DNA of 63,595 bases, counting the filler, from Reticulomyxa filosa (lineage: Eukaryota; Protista; Foraminifera): assembly GCA_000512085.1 (NCBI GenBank). It is 14 parts of 14 records of this genome, joined end to end, with 100 filler letters (N's around TTAATTAATTAA, not from the genome) between each part and the next. Parts side by side here need not be neighbours in the genome. Positions count along the whole stretch, not along the records: positions 1 to 9,715 come from ASPP01041339.1; positions 9,816 to 11,080 come from ASPP01006465.1; positions 11,181 to 16,979 come from ASPP01019887.1; 11 more parts are not named here. The stretch is one strand, 5' to 3'. Below the pieces are notes generated by a model that made no database searches, was not told where the DNA came from, and worked only from the letters and a program-made list of their open reading frames with translations. A program made the position numbers and the translations under genes. Shown one piece after another: positions 1 to 12,514 of this stretch; position 1 is the stretch's first letter; each line of letters begins with the position of its first letter.

Positions 1-474
1 AAAAAAAAAAAATGTGCAACGACCACAACAATAACCAAAAGTACATGCTAAAATTCCACTCGCTCCCTTTGCCCCTCCTCTCCTATTGAAAATTTATAAA
101 AAGAAACCCATCACCACAAAAATAATGCTTTTTATCTGTGGCTTGTTTTCAAACCCGAGACAAAACGCAACACCAGAACAACAACAAAAAAAAAAAAAAA
201 AAAAGGTAAAAAACAAAAACAGTTTAAATACACCAACTCATTGTTTGGAGGAGTGAAGAGCACAGGAGCAGATTAATTTGATTTCAACCCCAAAGTAAGT
301 GCCGAGTAAAAATTATGGGAGGGGTGGCCAACTTCGAATAGACATTTGGTTTCGGTGGACAGTTTTTGTTTCTTTTTTATTTTTTAAATTCCTTTCGAGT
401 TTCAATTACAATAAACATTCGGTGTTTTATTTTATTTCTTAATTTATTTATTTTATTTTGTTTTTTAAATTGGA

Positions 475-1255
475 TTAAACACCGAAGGTTCGTCCACGAA
501 TTCTTCGTGCAAGTTGGATATCCCTTGGCATGATGGTCACTCTTTTTGCATGAATGGCACACAGATTCCTATATTCCAAAGAGGTTTTTCAGTTCAGTGA
601 ATTTTTTTTTAAATTAAAAAATGATTAAATTCAAAAAAAAAAAAGGGGGGAGGGAGAAGAGAACACTGATTTTTAAATGAAAAAAAAAAAAAAGTGCTTA
701 AACGCGTCTTCAAATAAAGCCACTAAGTGTGCTTCACATGCGGTTTGCAAAGCCTCGATTGCAACTGCCTGCCAGCGCAGGTCTTGCTGAAACTTTTCGG
801 CTATTTCACGCACCAGTCGGGAAAATGGCAATTTGCGGAGTAGTAAATCGGCACTACGTTGGTATTTTCGGATCTCTCGCAAAGCAACTGTTCCTGGTCT
901 GTGTCTGGGCCGACGAACTTTTTTTTTTTTGGAATTAAAGTGTTTCTGCAATTTTTTTTTTTTAAAAAAGATTGTGTGCAATACCAGCAACAGCTTGTGG
1001 ACTCGTTTCCGCCGCTCTTCGACGAAGGTGCGATGGACTGATAAGAGAACCAGTTGGCGTCCCTCTGGCTTGTTTTTTGGCCACACTACGTCTCATCTTT
1101 TTATTCGCGTTGCTTACCCGATGATGATGCCTTAAAGTAAAATTTTGAACTTTACGACTTTGCTTCGCCCTAAGAACAATACTATGTATTAGCCAAGGAA
1201 AAGAAGCGGTGTCAGAAACAACTGGATGCCACAACATGATCTCTTGTTTGCCCAT
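475..1255 (-). CDS. Histone H3 variant, CenH3/CENP-A-like (3 exons: >=985-1096/1255, 704-917, 475-568)
   Basis: Splicing GT-AG introns 918-984 and 569-703 gives ...[108 protein letters not shown]. This is a complete H3 histone fold with a divergent N-tail. The start codon is uncertain (ATG 1096 or 1255). Confidence 0.9.
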
Positions 1256-1478
1256 AACATTGAAAAACTAAAACAATAGCTTTTTTCCAGTTTTTTTCAC
1301 ACATCATATTGCTTTATTAATTGATGGGGTATGTGTTGTTATTATTTTTTTTTACAAGTTTTTCATATTCTATTTGCAAGCAACAGCAAAGAGTTTTTAC
1401 CTTTCACTGTAGAAGTAGGGAAAAAGACCCCAGCACCTTCTTTTTTTAAAAAATATTAATGTTCATTGTCGCTTGATA

Positions 1479-2213
1479 ATGAGTTTAGATGCGTTGAATT
1501 CAGTGGATAAACTTCTCTCATTGGTTGATAATGCGCCAATAGTAGAATATAGGTTGCTAAGACCCAACGAGGTGGCGCAGGCACTGAAACTACTGAGCGA
1601 CGCGTTCCAACACGGAGCGATTCCAGACCCTCCCAACTCGCTATTGAGTCATCGACTTTTCACAGACATTTACTACCATTGGCTGGAACAACTTTGTAAA
1701 AAAAACACTCATCTTTGTGCGGTGCACAAATACAGTGGAGAAGTGGTCGGGCTGTGTTGTGGAGAGGATTACGCGGATGTGGACGAAATTTCCTACGATA
1801 GCGTTTTTCTGGACGTGAAAAAAGAAAAGCCAAGTTTGGAAGAACTTATGCAATTGTGTTATGATTTGCGAAAGGCATTTGTGGATCACGAGAGGACCCA
1901 TGGACACGTTTGGTATATTGAGATGATGGCAGTGGATAGCAGGTATAGAAACCTTGGCATTGTCACTCAATTGATCAAACAATCGGTGGAATTGGCAAAG
2001 TCATTGAAATCTCAAAAATCTTTTCATGTTGTGTTTGCAGAATCAAACAGTGATATTTCATTAAAGTGTTTCAAAAAGTGTGGTTTTGAGTGTCGCCGAG
2101 AAATAAAGTACAAAGATTGGGAGTCCCCAAAAGGCTCTGGTCGCTTTCCTTTGAAACGATATGGCCAAATCCCTTTGTATGACACTTTTCGCTTGGTTGT
2201 TTTTCCCTTGTAA
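1479..2213 (+). CDS. GNAT-family N-acetyltransferase (arylalkylamine N-acetyltransferase-like)
   Basis: Intronless ORF with acetyl-CoA motif A (MMAVDSRYRNLGIVTQL) and motif B (ESNSDISLKCFKKCGF..REIKYKDW). Confidence 0.85.
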   Translation: MSLDALNSVDKLLSLVDNAPIVEYRLLRPNEVAQALKLLSDAFQHGAIPDPPNSLLSHRLFTDIYYHWLEQLCKKNTHLCAVHKYSGEVVGLCCGEDYADVDEISYDSVFLDVKKEKPSLEELMQLCYDLRKAFVDHERTHGHVWYIEMMAVDSRYRNLGIVTQLIKQSVELAKSLKSQKSFHVVFAESNSDISLKCFKKCGFECRREIKYKDWESPKGSGRFPLKRYGQIPLYDTFRLVVFPL

Positions 2214-2892
2214 CTTTTTCTTTGATCACCAGTTTCCAATTGACAATCACTTTGAACGAAGCACCAAAACAAAATTTGTACAATTTATTAAACCAGTAAA
2301 AAAAAATGCTTAAACTCACACTTGCGTCGATTCCTCTTACAAACATTAGACAAAAATTAAAAATCTTTAGACAAACAAAACAAATGTGAGAAATGGAAAA
2401 TAAAGTATTTGGATTAAATGTATTTTATACGTGTGAATCGACAATAAAGACAAAAACAACCAGGAAAACAGTATGTTGATGCAGTTTCTTTAATTGCTTG
2501 GTGTTTTTTTAGTATCTTACATATGAAATGAATACGCAACATAGAAACATACAATTAGAGCACATATATTTTGTTTAACATAACGTAAGGACAGGCATTA
2601 CCTTTTTTATCTTTTTCAATTTGATTTAAATAAAAAAGGACAATAAATCAAGAAAAAAACAAAACAAAACAACAACCAAGCATTAAGCAAGAAAACAAGA
2701 GGTTTTGTTTGATTGTTTGTAAATGATTCTTTTTATATGAAAATGTTTGTTGTCTCATTCATTTCCTTTCTTTTGTTGTGGCATTGATATACCCAATACC
2801 TTCATAAAATCTTGAAGGTGTTGTGGCTATTTAAAAAGTAGTGGATGACAACAGCTTATTTCAAAAAAGAAAGTGTATGTAAACATATACAT

Positions 2893-5800
2893 CTAGCACT
2901 TAACCATCGAAGAAAGAGAATTTGGAATATTAGTTTGGATCATTTGCAAAAGATTTTCCCAGGTCTCTTTGTACTTTTTGTTGTTGTTTTCCAATAGTTT
3001 ATCAACACGTGGATGTCTTTCGTGTTTGATTCTTTCTTTCATTGCCTTAATGTCTTTTCGTCGTTTCCACAAGACACGAAAATTATCCCAATAATCTTCG
3101 CCATAATCGGTTAATAATTCCTCTCCTGCATGGATTTTCTTGTTTTATTTTTGTGGACAAAAAGGTCAATATTTCAAAATAGAGTTTAATAAGACGACAG
3201 ATAGAAAAAACAAAAAAACTATGTAAATACTTAACTCTTGTGGAAACTGCAAAAATATGAGGCCAATAATTTACTAACACTTCATACATGGTCACATTTG
3301 CAGTTCGTTTTGACGCTGGCAAAGATGCTTTGCAATTCTCTGTTTTTTTCGTTCTATGTTTCATTCCTATTCTATTGCTATTGTTCGTTATTTTCAAATC
3401 TGTACTGCTTGTAGAGGACGAATGACAAGCTTCATTTCCTTTGGTGAAATCTTCACGATAGTCGTTCATATAAACACCCCTATTTTGTAACATTTAATTA
3501 TTGGCGACATTGTATAATGAATGTTAAAAAAAAAAAATTATTAAAAAAACAAAAACAAATACAAATACAAAACTCATTGTGATAATCGTGCGGATCAATC
3601 ACCATTTGATCATTTGGTGTTGGACCCCATGAAAATGTTTCATTTTTTTCTTGATGCTGACGCGTTTGTCCATTTAAATTGAACAAAGTAGTCTGATCCA
3701 ATTCATGCTCAATGTTATGCAATAATTGCTCTGCTTCACGCACTTGATTGACCACACCAGTGTATTCAAATAAAACCGTATGTTTTGGTATATCTTGAAC
3801 TGCAAAAAGCCCATATACTTTATTTTGATGAATGGCACTTTCCATACATCTCATTGCAGGATTGTTTACATCAGTAATTTGACCTTTTTTTCACAAAAAT
3901 AAAAAATATAAAAATGTAAAATAAAATAAAATAAAATAAATTAACATCAGCAATAATGTGTGATAAGATATTGTTGTACATTTATTTATTTACTTCCTCT
4001 TTCCTCTCCCCTTTCTCAAATTAATACCAACAACATAAGACCATGACGCAGTGTCACAAAGAGTGGACCATTCCTGCCAGTTTCTCTCCAAAAGCTCTAT
4101 GACCTGATTCGGTTTATGTAGACCTTGGACATCCCATTCCTCGCTAATGTTTTCTAAATGATATTCTGGGATTTGTCGAATTAGCATATCTTGTAACATT
4201 TGAAGACAAGCCTGTTCCCTCTTCTGTTTAATAGGCTTTTTATTATTTTTATTGTTAATTATTATTATCATTATTATTATTATTATTCAAAAACTACATA
4301 TTGATATGATATGCATTCAATCAATTTTTACAAAAAATTAATACAAAAAAAAAAAAAAAAAAAAGAAAGATAGATATTAACTCCAGATTTAACACTATGC
4401 ACTTGCTGTTGCGTGATAAATTTAGCATTAACAATTTTCGTAAGCGGTACTGGAACAAAATAATCAAATTTTTGCTTCATTCTTTCGGATATTGGTAAAT
4501 AGTTAAGATTCCGATATAAACTTGCTTTTGATCTCGTTGCTTTTGGTTTTGGTTTTGGTTTTGACTTTGGACTTGATTTTGGCTTTGGTTTTGGCTTTGG
4601 TCCTGGTTTTGATTTTGGCTTGGATTTGTCATCATTCTTTTACTTTTTTTGATATCTGAAAAATAAAAGAACAATGGGGTTTTAGAAGAGCCTTGCAATT
4701 TTTCAATAATCGCTTTTGCCTTTGAAGGTGGCAAAGTGTCAGGATGTTCAAATACCCATGTTTTCCAATATGCAATAATAGCATCATAAAAACCAGGATC
4801 TGCATGCCTCCAATTATTAGCAGTATGTGGATAATTTCGCCACTTGATTAAGTATTGATCAGATTCCTTATCATAATCCATAATTTCTTCAACTTCAAAG
4901 AATGCATCATCGAATGATTGCAAAATTGCCTGGCGTCGTTTCATCAAAATCGGCATATCATTATGACTGTACTCCACACAAATGGGACAAAACCAAGCCA
5001 AGTGATAATCATCCAAAGCAATTTTTTCCGAAGGATCAAATAAAGTGGATGGAACAGTTGCCAACAAATTAGGATGACAAGGACAATTCATATGAGTTAT
5101 TTTCTGACAATCACACGCCAACAAAAAATGTTGTGTAATATCCTCTAATCCACACATTGAACATATAAATTCTTCCAAAGGTGCACTTTCCATTGCATTT
5201 ATTAACACTTTGTCATTGGATACAGTTTGGCTTTGATAAAGAAGTTGACGATCTATTTTTTTTTCATACAAATAATACAACACTCAATTGTGCTTCGTTG
5301 TGTTGTATTCACAATACAATACTTTCTTACATTGATATCTTTTCCTAAGATAATGTTTAAGCAAGTCATTCTTGTTATCATAGCCTGACAAAATTGCAAC
5401 GAATAAACAATATCCTTCTTCACTTATATATTCTTCACCTTCAAATGTTACTACATATTTGTATATGCTATTTTGACAATCAACATGATCAAATTCAACA
5501 GTTTATTTTTATGCTGTTTTTTTTTTTTTCATTGCAAACTAAACAAATAAATTTGAATTTATAAAATATTGTTTGTTTGTTTGTTTGTTTGTTTTTTTTT
5601 TTTTTGCAAAACGAATGAGTCAATCCTTTATGTTTAATAAAATTTTTTTGTAAATCTGATATGAACACGTCCTTATAATTACGAAGTGTTCTTTTATGGA
5701 AGCGATTACCAAAAGCGTAAAACAAATCATTGACATTGATCCATACATGAAACAAACTTAAATCTTCAGGTACCTTGTCCGTATGCAAATTTTCCGTTTC

Positions 5801-6306
5801 CTTTGTATGGATATGTTGTTTTGCCATTTGTGACCACTCGGGATAAATTCTTTTCGTCATTTTGTTTTTTCCTGTTCCACATACGTGCTCGAGCTTGCGT
5901 ACTTTCAATGTCGTGTCTTGTTTCGAAATATCATCAACTTTACTCAATTGTAATATTACTTGTTCATATTTGTTTAAAAAACAATTGTCTGAATCTTTCG
6001 ACTCAGTACTCTCAATTGAATAGTTTCTCTCCTTTTTGTTTTTTTTTGTATGTACCAAAAAAAAAAAATTCTTTTTTTAAAATTTTTTATTCATTTTTTT
6101 TTAACAATTATGATTGGTTCATGTATTGAAATTGGCTCTGGCTCTTTGATTACTGCACTCCTATTTAATCTTCTTCTTTTTTGTCTCAGCTTTGGCTCAT
6201 TCTCGCAATTTTCTTCATTGGAATCTTTCGTTAAATCAATTACAACATCTACATCTGGAGAATAGCATCTTTTTCTTTCACTTCGTATTCTACTTCCAGT
6301 TTTTCC
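2893..6306 (-). CDS. Multi-exon PHD finger + chromodomain + SET domain protein (putative lysine methyltransferase); 5' end unresolved
   Basis: PHD-like CSMC...ACDCQKITHMNC...WFCPIC (about 4975-5165). Chromodomain FEVEEIMDY...YLIKWRNYPHTANNW (about 4810-4900). SET motifs YGLFAVQDIPKHTVLFEYTG, IDP...NE...MNDYR, ANV...V...WPHIFAVSTR and KIHAGEELLTDYGEDYW (about 3085-3140), spread over exons with AT-rich introns. An SQNQ repeat lies at about 4540-4625. Confidence 0.8.
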
Positions 6307-7971
6307 TAAAATGATTTCACAAGTTCAAGTGTGTTAAGTTTGTAATGTTAGTTTCTGCAATGGAAATGTTTCAACTGTTATTATTTTCATCTATATGCGT
6401 CATCAAATATCTTTTGTACTTGGAGCAAAAGTTTCCTAAAAAAGGATTATTAGTGCAATAGAAAAGTTTTTATTCGAAAGGGTTTCCCATAGGGGGACAG
6501 GACGGCCACTTTACGCGTCTTTTTCAATCCTGTTGATAGCTAAGAAATATCCACTATCACATTCTTCCAAAAATTAAACAAAAAGAAAAAAGAAAAAAAT
6601 AATTTTTTCAGGTTGGAAGCGTTACAGTCCATCCTGTGGTGAATATACCAAAACTACATTGGCCCATAGAAGGGCACACAGGGCAAGAATTAATTCCTAG
6701 TACATATACGTCTCTATACATTAAAAAAAAATGTAATAAAAATCTAGAAGCTTCTTTAACTTTGGATGGATAAAATTAACTGAAGCCTTGGATGGTGAAG
6801 ACGCAAAAATACGACGACGGATTCGTGTACCATAACAAAAACAGTCAAAAAATATTACGAAGATGGGACATCATCTTGCCGAAACAACAATACAACAAAT
6901 ATAAAATTTGAAGTTATACAATTGACCAACAGAAAAATTTTTTAAAATGTTTTAACAATTACATTATCAAATCAATGTCATTTAGAAAAATATATAGATA
7001 GAAATACAAATATACTGCAACAATATCATGCCAATATGTTCTAATGGAAACAGTTACAAAATTCAAAAGTTTTTTCTTAAAGAACGGAGTTAAAGGTATT
7101 AAAATGCACTTATTCTATGGCAGATCAATGATCTCTGAGAACAGTAATCAAGAAAAAATAACGCGTTCTGACATTAAAAAATTTTATGTTTTTTTCGTGT
7201 ATTCTTTCATGAAAGACCTGCTCTGATTTATTGTGTTATGAAAGAAAGATCCTCACTTGTTTGCATAGTAAAAATGTTTTCATGTTATTTTTTCTCGTTT
7301 TGAAGATATTCATTTAAACAATTGCAAATGCTTGAGTCGTATCATTTGCAACAATTCGCTGTTTTCATTAAAATTGATAAACACACGACCTTGGCAAAAA
7401 TATCAACAAAAATTGGAAAAAATATAAAATTTTTAATCATCAAAACAAAGTCTCATGAGATCAATATTTTAAAATTTTTTGAAAATGCCTGAATTAAAAA
7501 GTATGAGTTATTTTGATATTTGTGATGATTTTTCAAAATTTTGTCATTAAAAGAGTTCGATGTTCAAGCAGACCGTTGTTAAAATGTGTGAAGCCAAAAG
7601 AAAGGTTTTTTCTCAAGACAAAAACAACACCTTTTGTAACATCAATTTTTGTTCTCTCAACGCTTACATAACAAGCAACGGAACCTTTTTATTTTGTACA
7701 TTTTTTTGAATTTTTTTTTTACCAATATGGATATATTTGTTCTAACACCATTTTTTTTTTGTTGTAAAAATACTTTTTTTAAAAGGTTTCAAAGACAGCC
7801 AAAGTTGAAGATGCAGATTGCTATTGGCTGAAATAAAAAAAAAAGAAGGTTCAAGTTTTGTGTTATGAGCAAAGCGCCTAAGACAATTATGATGGACCAG
7901 AATGGCATAAACACTATTTATTCAGTCCGCCAACTGTCCTACTTTATTTCACAAGGTTTAATAGTTTTTTC

Positions 7972-9650
7972 TCATGCTTGGGGCGTGGTGGGTGTCTCCA
8001 CAGCGGTGACATTGGAACTTGGTGCAATACCTCCATCTCCATCGCCATTGTTTTGACCTGCAATCTCCTCACTGCTTCGCACGCTGTAGACTTCACTACT
8101 ATCTTCTTCACTGATACTGCCTTCACTTCCATGCGAGCTGTCACGCACACCACTTCGTGAGCTTCGAAAACGTGGTTTGGATTTTGATTTCCGTTCCCCT
8201 TCTTTGTCTCTTTCTCTCTCCCTCTCTCTGTCTCTATCCTTATCTCTGTCCCGTTCTCTTTCCCTGTCCCTCTCTCGATCTCGGTCTCGGTCTCGATCGC
8301 GATCTCTGTCTCTTCCCCTCTCTCGGTTGCGACTTGTCCGACTTCTATCTCTCTCCTCTCGATGCACTCTCCTTCGATGTCTGCTCCGGTTCTCTCTTGT
8401 CCGATGTCTGGACCGAGAATGCGATCGGCTTCTGTCTTCGTCGCCAGTGCGATATTCCCGTCGGTATCGCTCTCGATCACGTCGAGATCTGTCGCGATGA
8501 CCTCTCTCCCTTCTATGCTCTCTTTTTCTGTAAGATCAAAGGTGGTCGTTTTTTTTTTTTTTTTTAAACAAATTAATAAGCTAACAAATTAATTAAACAA
8601 AATTAACAACATATACACATATATACAAAGATGGAAGACCTGTCCTTTGAAGTGTCTCTGGGACCACGGTGTCTGTCCATCGAAGTGTCGTGACAGCGAT
8701 TTGTGGGGGCCAAAAATTCATGACTTTTGTCGCCGTCATTGTTTTCGATTGGATAGCTTTCGAAATTCGCGTTGCTCGGAATGTCTTCACTCAGAAGCTG
8801 TTGCACGTTGTCGACAGCAGCAGCGCTTGCGTTAGCGTCATTATTGTTGTTGTTGTTGTTGTTGTTGTCATTGTTGTTGTTATCGATTGTCACACTATCC
8901 ATTGGATTGATGTTATTACTATTATTATTGCTGTTATTGTTATTGCTATTATTGATATTGTTATTATTATTATTGTTATTATTATTGGCATTGTTGCTCA
9001 GGTTGACATGCTGCAATACAGATTCGGAGACAACAGTCGGTACAATCTTCTGCGCTGCTTCGCTGTTACCATACAATGAATTCACTCGGGGCGGGCGGTT
9101 ACGTATTTGAAAACTGAATGGCTTTGTTTGCACGCTTGAAGCTGTTGACATTGGATTTGAGGTCTGACTTTGGGCTTGAGTTTGGAGTTGAGTTTGAGTT
9201 TGAGTTTGAGTTTGAAGTTGAGTTTGGGTTTGGGTTTGAAGTTGAGACGGAGATTGGGCTTGCATTGACATCGACACTGGCATTTGCATGGACATTGGCA
9301 TTGGTACCGAGGTTTGCATCGGTGTGGGCACCGACGTCGACGTTGTCAGTGGCTTCGGAGTCGGCATCGACATTGATACTGGGATCGATGTGGGCGTTGG
9401 TGTCGACGTCGATGCTTGCATTGGCATAAGAGGCTGTTGAATTTGCAGAGGTGTTTGCATTTGCATTTGTGTCTGTGTGGGGGGATGCACTTGCGTTTGC
9501 ATTTGCATTTGCGCTTGAGTGACGACGCAATAGTCTCTCTCCGCTGTCGGTTGTGAGCGTCTTCGTCCGAATCACTCTGGACAGGGATTGAGGAGTCTTT
9601 GTCACGCCTGGAACTTGACTCGTTTCAAAGTCGTTCACTACAATATTCAA
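7972..9650 (-). CDS. 3' part of a low-complexity protein with QT/MQ, poly-N and RS/RD-RE dipeptide tracts
   Basis: ORFs 8603-9508 and 7972-8367 (open upstream to about 8530) are separated by an AT-rich intron. They include RDRDRDRERERD and RSRSHSRSR tracts. No folded domain was recognised and the 5' end is off-contig. Confidence 0.55.
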
Positions 9651-9715
9651 AAGAATATGTTCACAACAAGAGATATATAAAGAAAACGTATTACAAATAA
9701 ATAAATAAATAAATA

Positions 9716-9815
9716 NNNNNNNNNNNNNNNNNNNNNNNNNNNNNNNNNNNNNNNNNNNNTTAATTAATTAANNNNNNNNNNNNNNNNNNNNNNNNNNNNN
9801 NNNNNNNNNNNNNNN
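9716..9815. other. Artificial contig spacer
   Basis: N44-TTAATTAATTAA-N44, with stops in all six frames. Confidence 0.98.
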
Positions 9816-9829
9816 ATTCCGGGTTTTTA

Positions 9830-11042
9830 AAAACCCGGAATTCAAACCCTTTCGTTTCCAACCCACCTCTGCTGCTCGAGTCTCTCTTCCTTCCGCTCCT
9901 GGTGTTCTTGGGCCTTCCCATTCTTCCCAGTCGTCCGAGGATAGGACGGTCAATACGAGTACTAACAACAATAACAATAAAGACAACAATGTTGAGGCTC
10001 TTCCTTCGTCGTTGGTTGTTGTAAATGAGACAAGTCCTGTCTTGGCAGAAGCAACAACAACAACAACAGCAACGGACATTAAAGCTGACCATGGTAACAC
10101 TACTAATGACAATGACAATGACAATGATAATGATAATGACAATGATAATGATAATGATAATGACGTGACAGATAAACAGGAAAACAACGACAGCCATTCA
10201 AACCCTTACTTGTTTCACGACAAACGCGCAAGAGCAAAGAGTTTGTGCCGCATTCGAAAGTGAACAACGTCAGTACGGACAACATGACACTGGAGACGAA
10301 ATGGTCGAAGAACACGCCATTGCCGCCAGCAGACCCTGACGAGGATTCAAAGTCCAAAGAGTCGCGACGCCGACGGAAATCAGACTTGCTGTTGCTCGCA
10401 AAGTCTTCTCCTGCGGACGAGGAGACCATTCGCAATTTGCAAAAAATCGGCCAAGTCTATCAAAACAAAATGTCTTCCAAAACAAGGTTGCAAGATCCCG
10501 ACCACCATTCTGTTCTTCCTTCGCAACCACCATCGCAAGTTGACGATAGCGTCCAACACAAGCAAGATGACTCTGATTCTGAACACGAACAAGAGCAAGA
10601 GGAGGTGCAAGAGCAAGAAGAGGTGCAAGAGCAAGAAGAGGTACAAGAACGAGAAGAGATGCAAGAACATGAAGAAGAATATGTTCAAGAGGAACCAGAA
10701 CAAGAACAAGGACAGGAACAGGAACAGGAACAGGAACAGGAACAAGAAGACGGTGACAATGAAAGAGAAGAAGAAAGACAACAACAGCAACAGCAGCAAA
10801 TGGAAAAAGTGAGACAGGCAAAACAAAACTGCTTTCTGTAAATGAATCCGACACGGTGCCCTTGTCCAAAGGCCAAGCATCAAGTCCCAATGGCAATCCC
10901 AAAGACAATCCCAAAGACAATGGTAGTCAGCACAATGACGGTGATGTCCGCATCCGCAACCACGTGCGCGACCGAACGGCCAGCGCTTTCGCACCTCGTA
11001 GTCCCGCACCGCAGCGACCCTTACCGATAATTAACAACAACG

Positions 11043-11076
<34 letters not shown>

Positions 11077-11080
11077 TAAT
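9830..11080 (+). CDS. Internal fragment of a low-complexity (ND, EQ/E-rich, poly-N) protein with two apparent frameshifts
   Basis: Reads KNPEFKPFRFQ...NDNDND...EQEQEQ...PLSKGQASS...NNN across ORFs 10012-10263, 10245-10841 and 10856-11080. The frame changes near 10245 and 10828. Confidence 0.5.
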
Positions 11081-11180
11081 NNNNNNNNNNNNNNNNNNNN
11101 NNNNNNNNNNNNNNNNNNNNNNNNTTAATTAATTAANNNNNNNNNNNNNNNNNNNNNNNNNNNNNNNNNNNNNNNNNNNN
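11081..11180. other. Artificial contig spacer
   Basis: N44-TTAATTAATTAA-N44. Confidence 0.98.
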
Positions 11181-11258
11181 AAAAAAAAAAAAAGTGGTTC
11201 ACATGTGCATGTACACGCATGCAATATTTTTTTTTTTTTTTTTTGTGGACAATGTTTG

Positions 11259-12514
11259 TCAAGAGGATGTATGAAGACAAACTGGTCTGAGCATTTCTTC
11301 GGAAAATGCACGCTGCAAAGTGGTGGCAATAGCGACATGACTTGAATTGGGGCTGGAAGGATCTTCCCATCGTGTGGTCATAAAATTGCGAAATTCTTCG
11401 AAATCGATGCCACGAGACCCATTGGTGTCCAAAAACTCAAATTCGCGCTTCAAGTCGTTGTAGCTGATTTTGCACTTTCAGTTTGGTGATTGCGTCATAC
11501 ATTTCATCCAAATCGATTGCGCCGGATTTGTCGTAATCAATACTGTCAAATATGTCCCTCAATTTTTTTTCCAGATTGTCATTTTTCTTTTGTGTTATAT
11601 CGTGTATTTCGACATTGTTTTATTGTAAGATAGAACAAAGGAAGAATTATATACGTATATGAAAAAAAAAAAAAGGGAGGGAGAGTCAATGTACGTCCAC
11701 GTTTTTGATGACCGACAATCATTACACTACAAAAAAAAAAAAAAGACATCGGATACAAAATATAGATTGAATGTATATGTCGATACTTGTTTTCGCTCTT
11801 TGACTGATTTGGATGTGATTGGAATAGCCACTTTGGTTGCTCTCGGACTTGTCATCTTCCTTGTCCTTTCTTCTTTTTTATCTTTCTCATCGTCGTCTTC
11901 TGTATCGCTCTGCCATTTTGTGTGTGTACGTATTTGTTTGTTTGCTTGTCTTTTTTAAGTGATGGCAAGAACAATCAATAACAACAGGTCTCAACAAGAT
12001 ATAAGTGTAATGCGAGAAGTATAACTATAATGTCACTATTGCTGAGGGCTCTTTGAATCACCATCTTGGCGTCGTTCGAATCGTCGAAATTGGCCGTCAT
12101 CAGTCGCTTGAATTCATTGAAATCAATCGATCCTGATTCGTCAATGTCTATTATTTGCCATTGCTTCACCAATTCTGCTTTTGTCAGTTTGCATTCTATA
12201 TTCAAGTTGATGTATCGTGTGTACATGTGTGTGGTTTCAATGCTTGTGAGCTAAAAGCACGTAACACATATTTCAACTTAGTTTTGACAATGCACTCCAT
12301 AGTTCTTCAAATTCTATTGTACCACTCTTGTCGATGTCAATATGATCAAACAATTTCCGAAGTTGCTCATCTCTGCGTCTCTGCTCCTATTTGTTTGTTT
12401 TTGTCGTGTAGAACTGTCAGATTTGGTGTTTGTCTGTGTCCAAACAACTTTTACTTCTCGGCCTTACTAAACTGCCATGAGCTCAGCCACAGAAGAAAAG
12501 CCTGCAAACGACAT
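11259..12514 (-). CDS. EF-hand calcium-binding protein (two EF-hand pairs), multi-exon; 3' end uncertain
   Basis: Four canonical loops: DIDKSGTIEFEE, DIDESGSIDFNE, DYDKSGAIDLDE, DTNGSRGIDFEE. The probable start is MSFAGFSSVAELMA at 12514, spliced to EQRRRDEQLRKLF. Confidence 0.85.

Noticed and set aside
8157-11009. Antisense ORFs with poly-L, SLSL, FLFL and poly-V tracts
   Set aside because: These are shadows of microsatellite-like coding repeats on the opposite strand.
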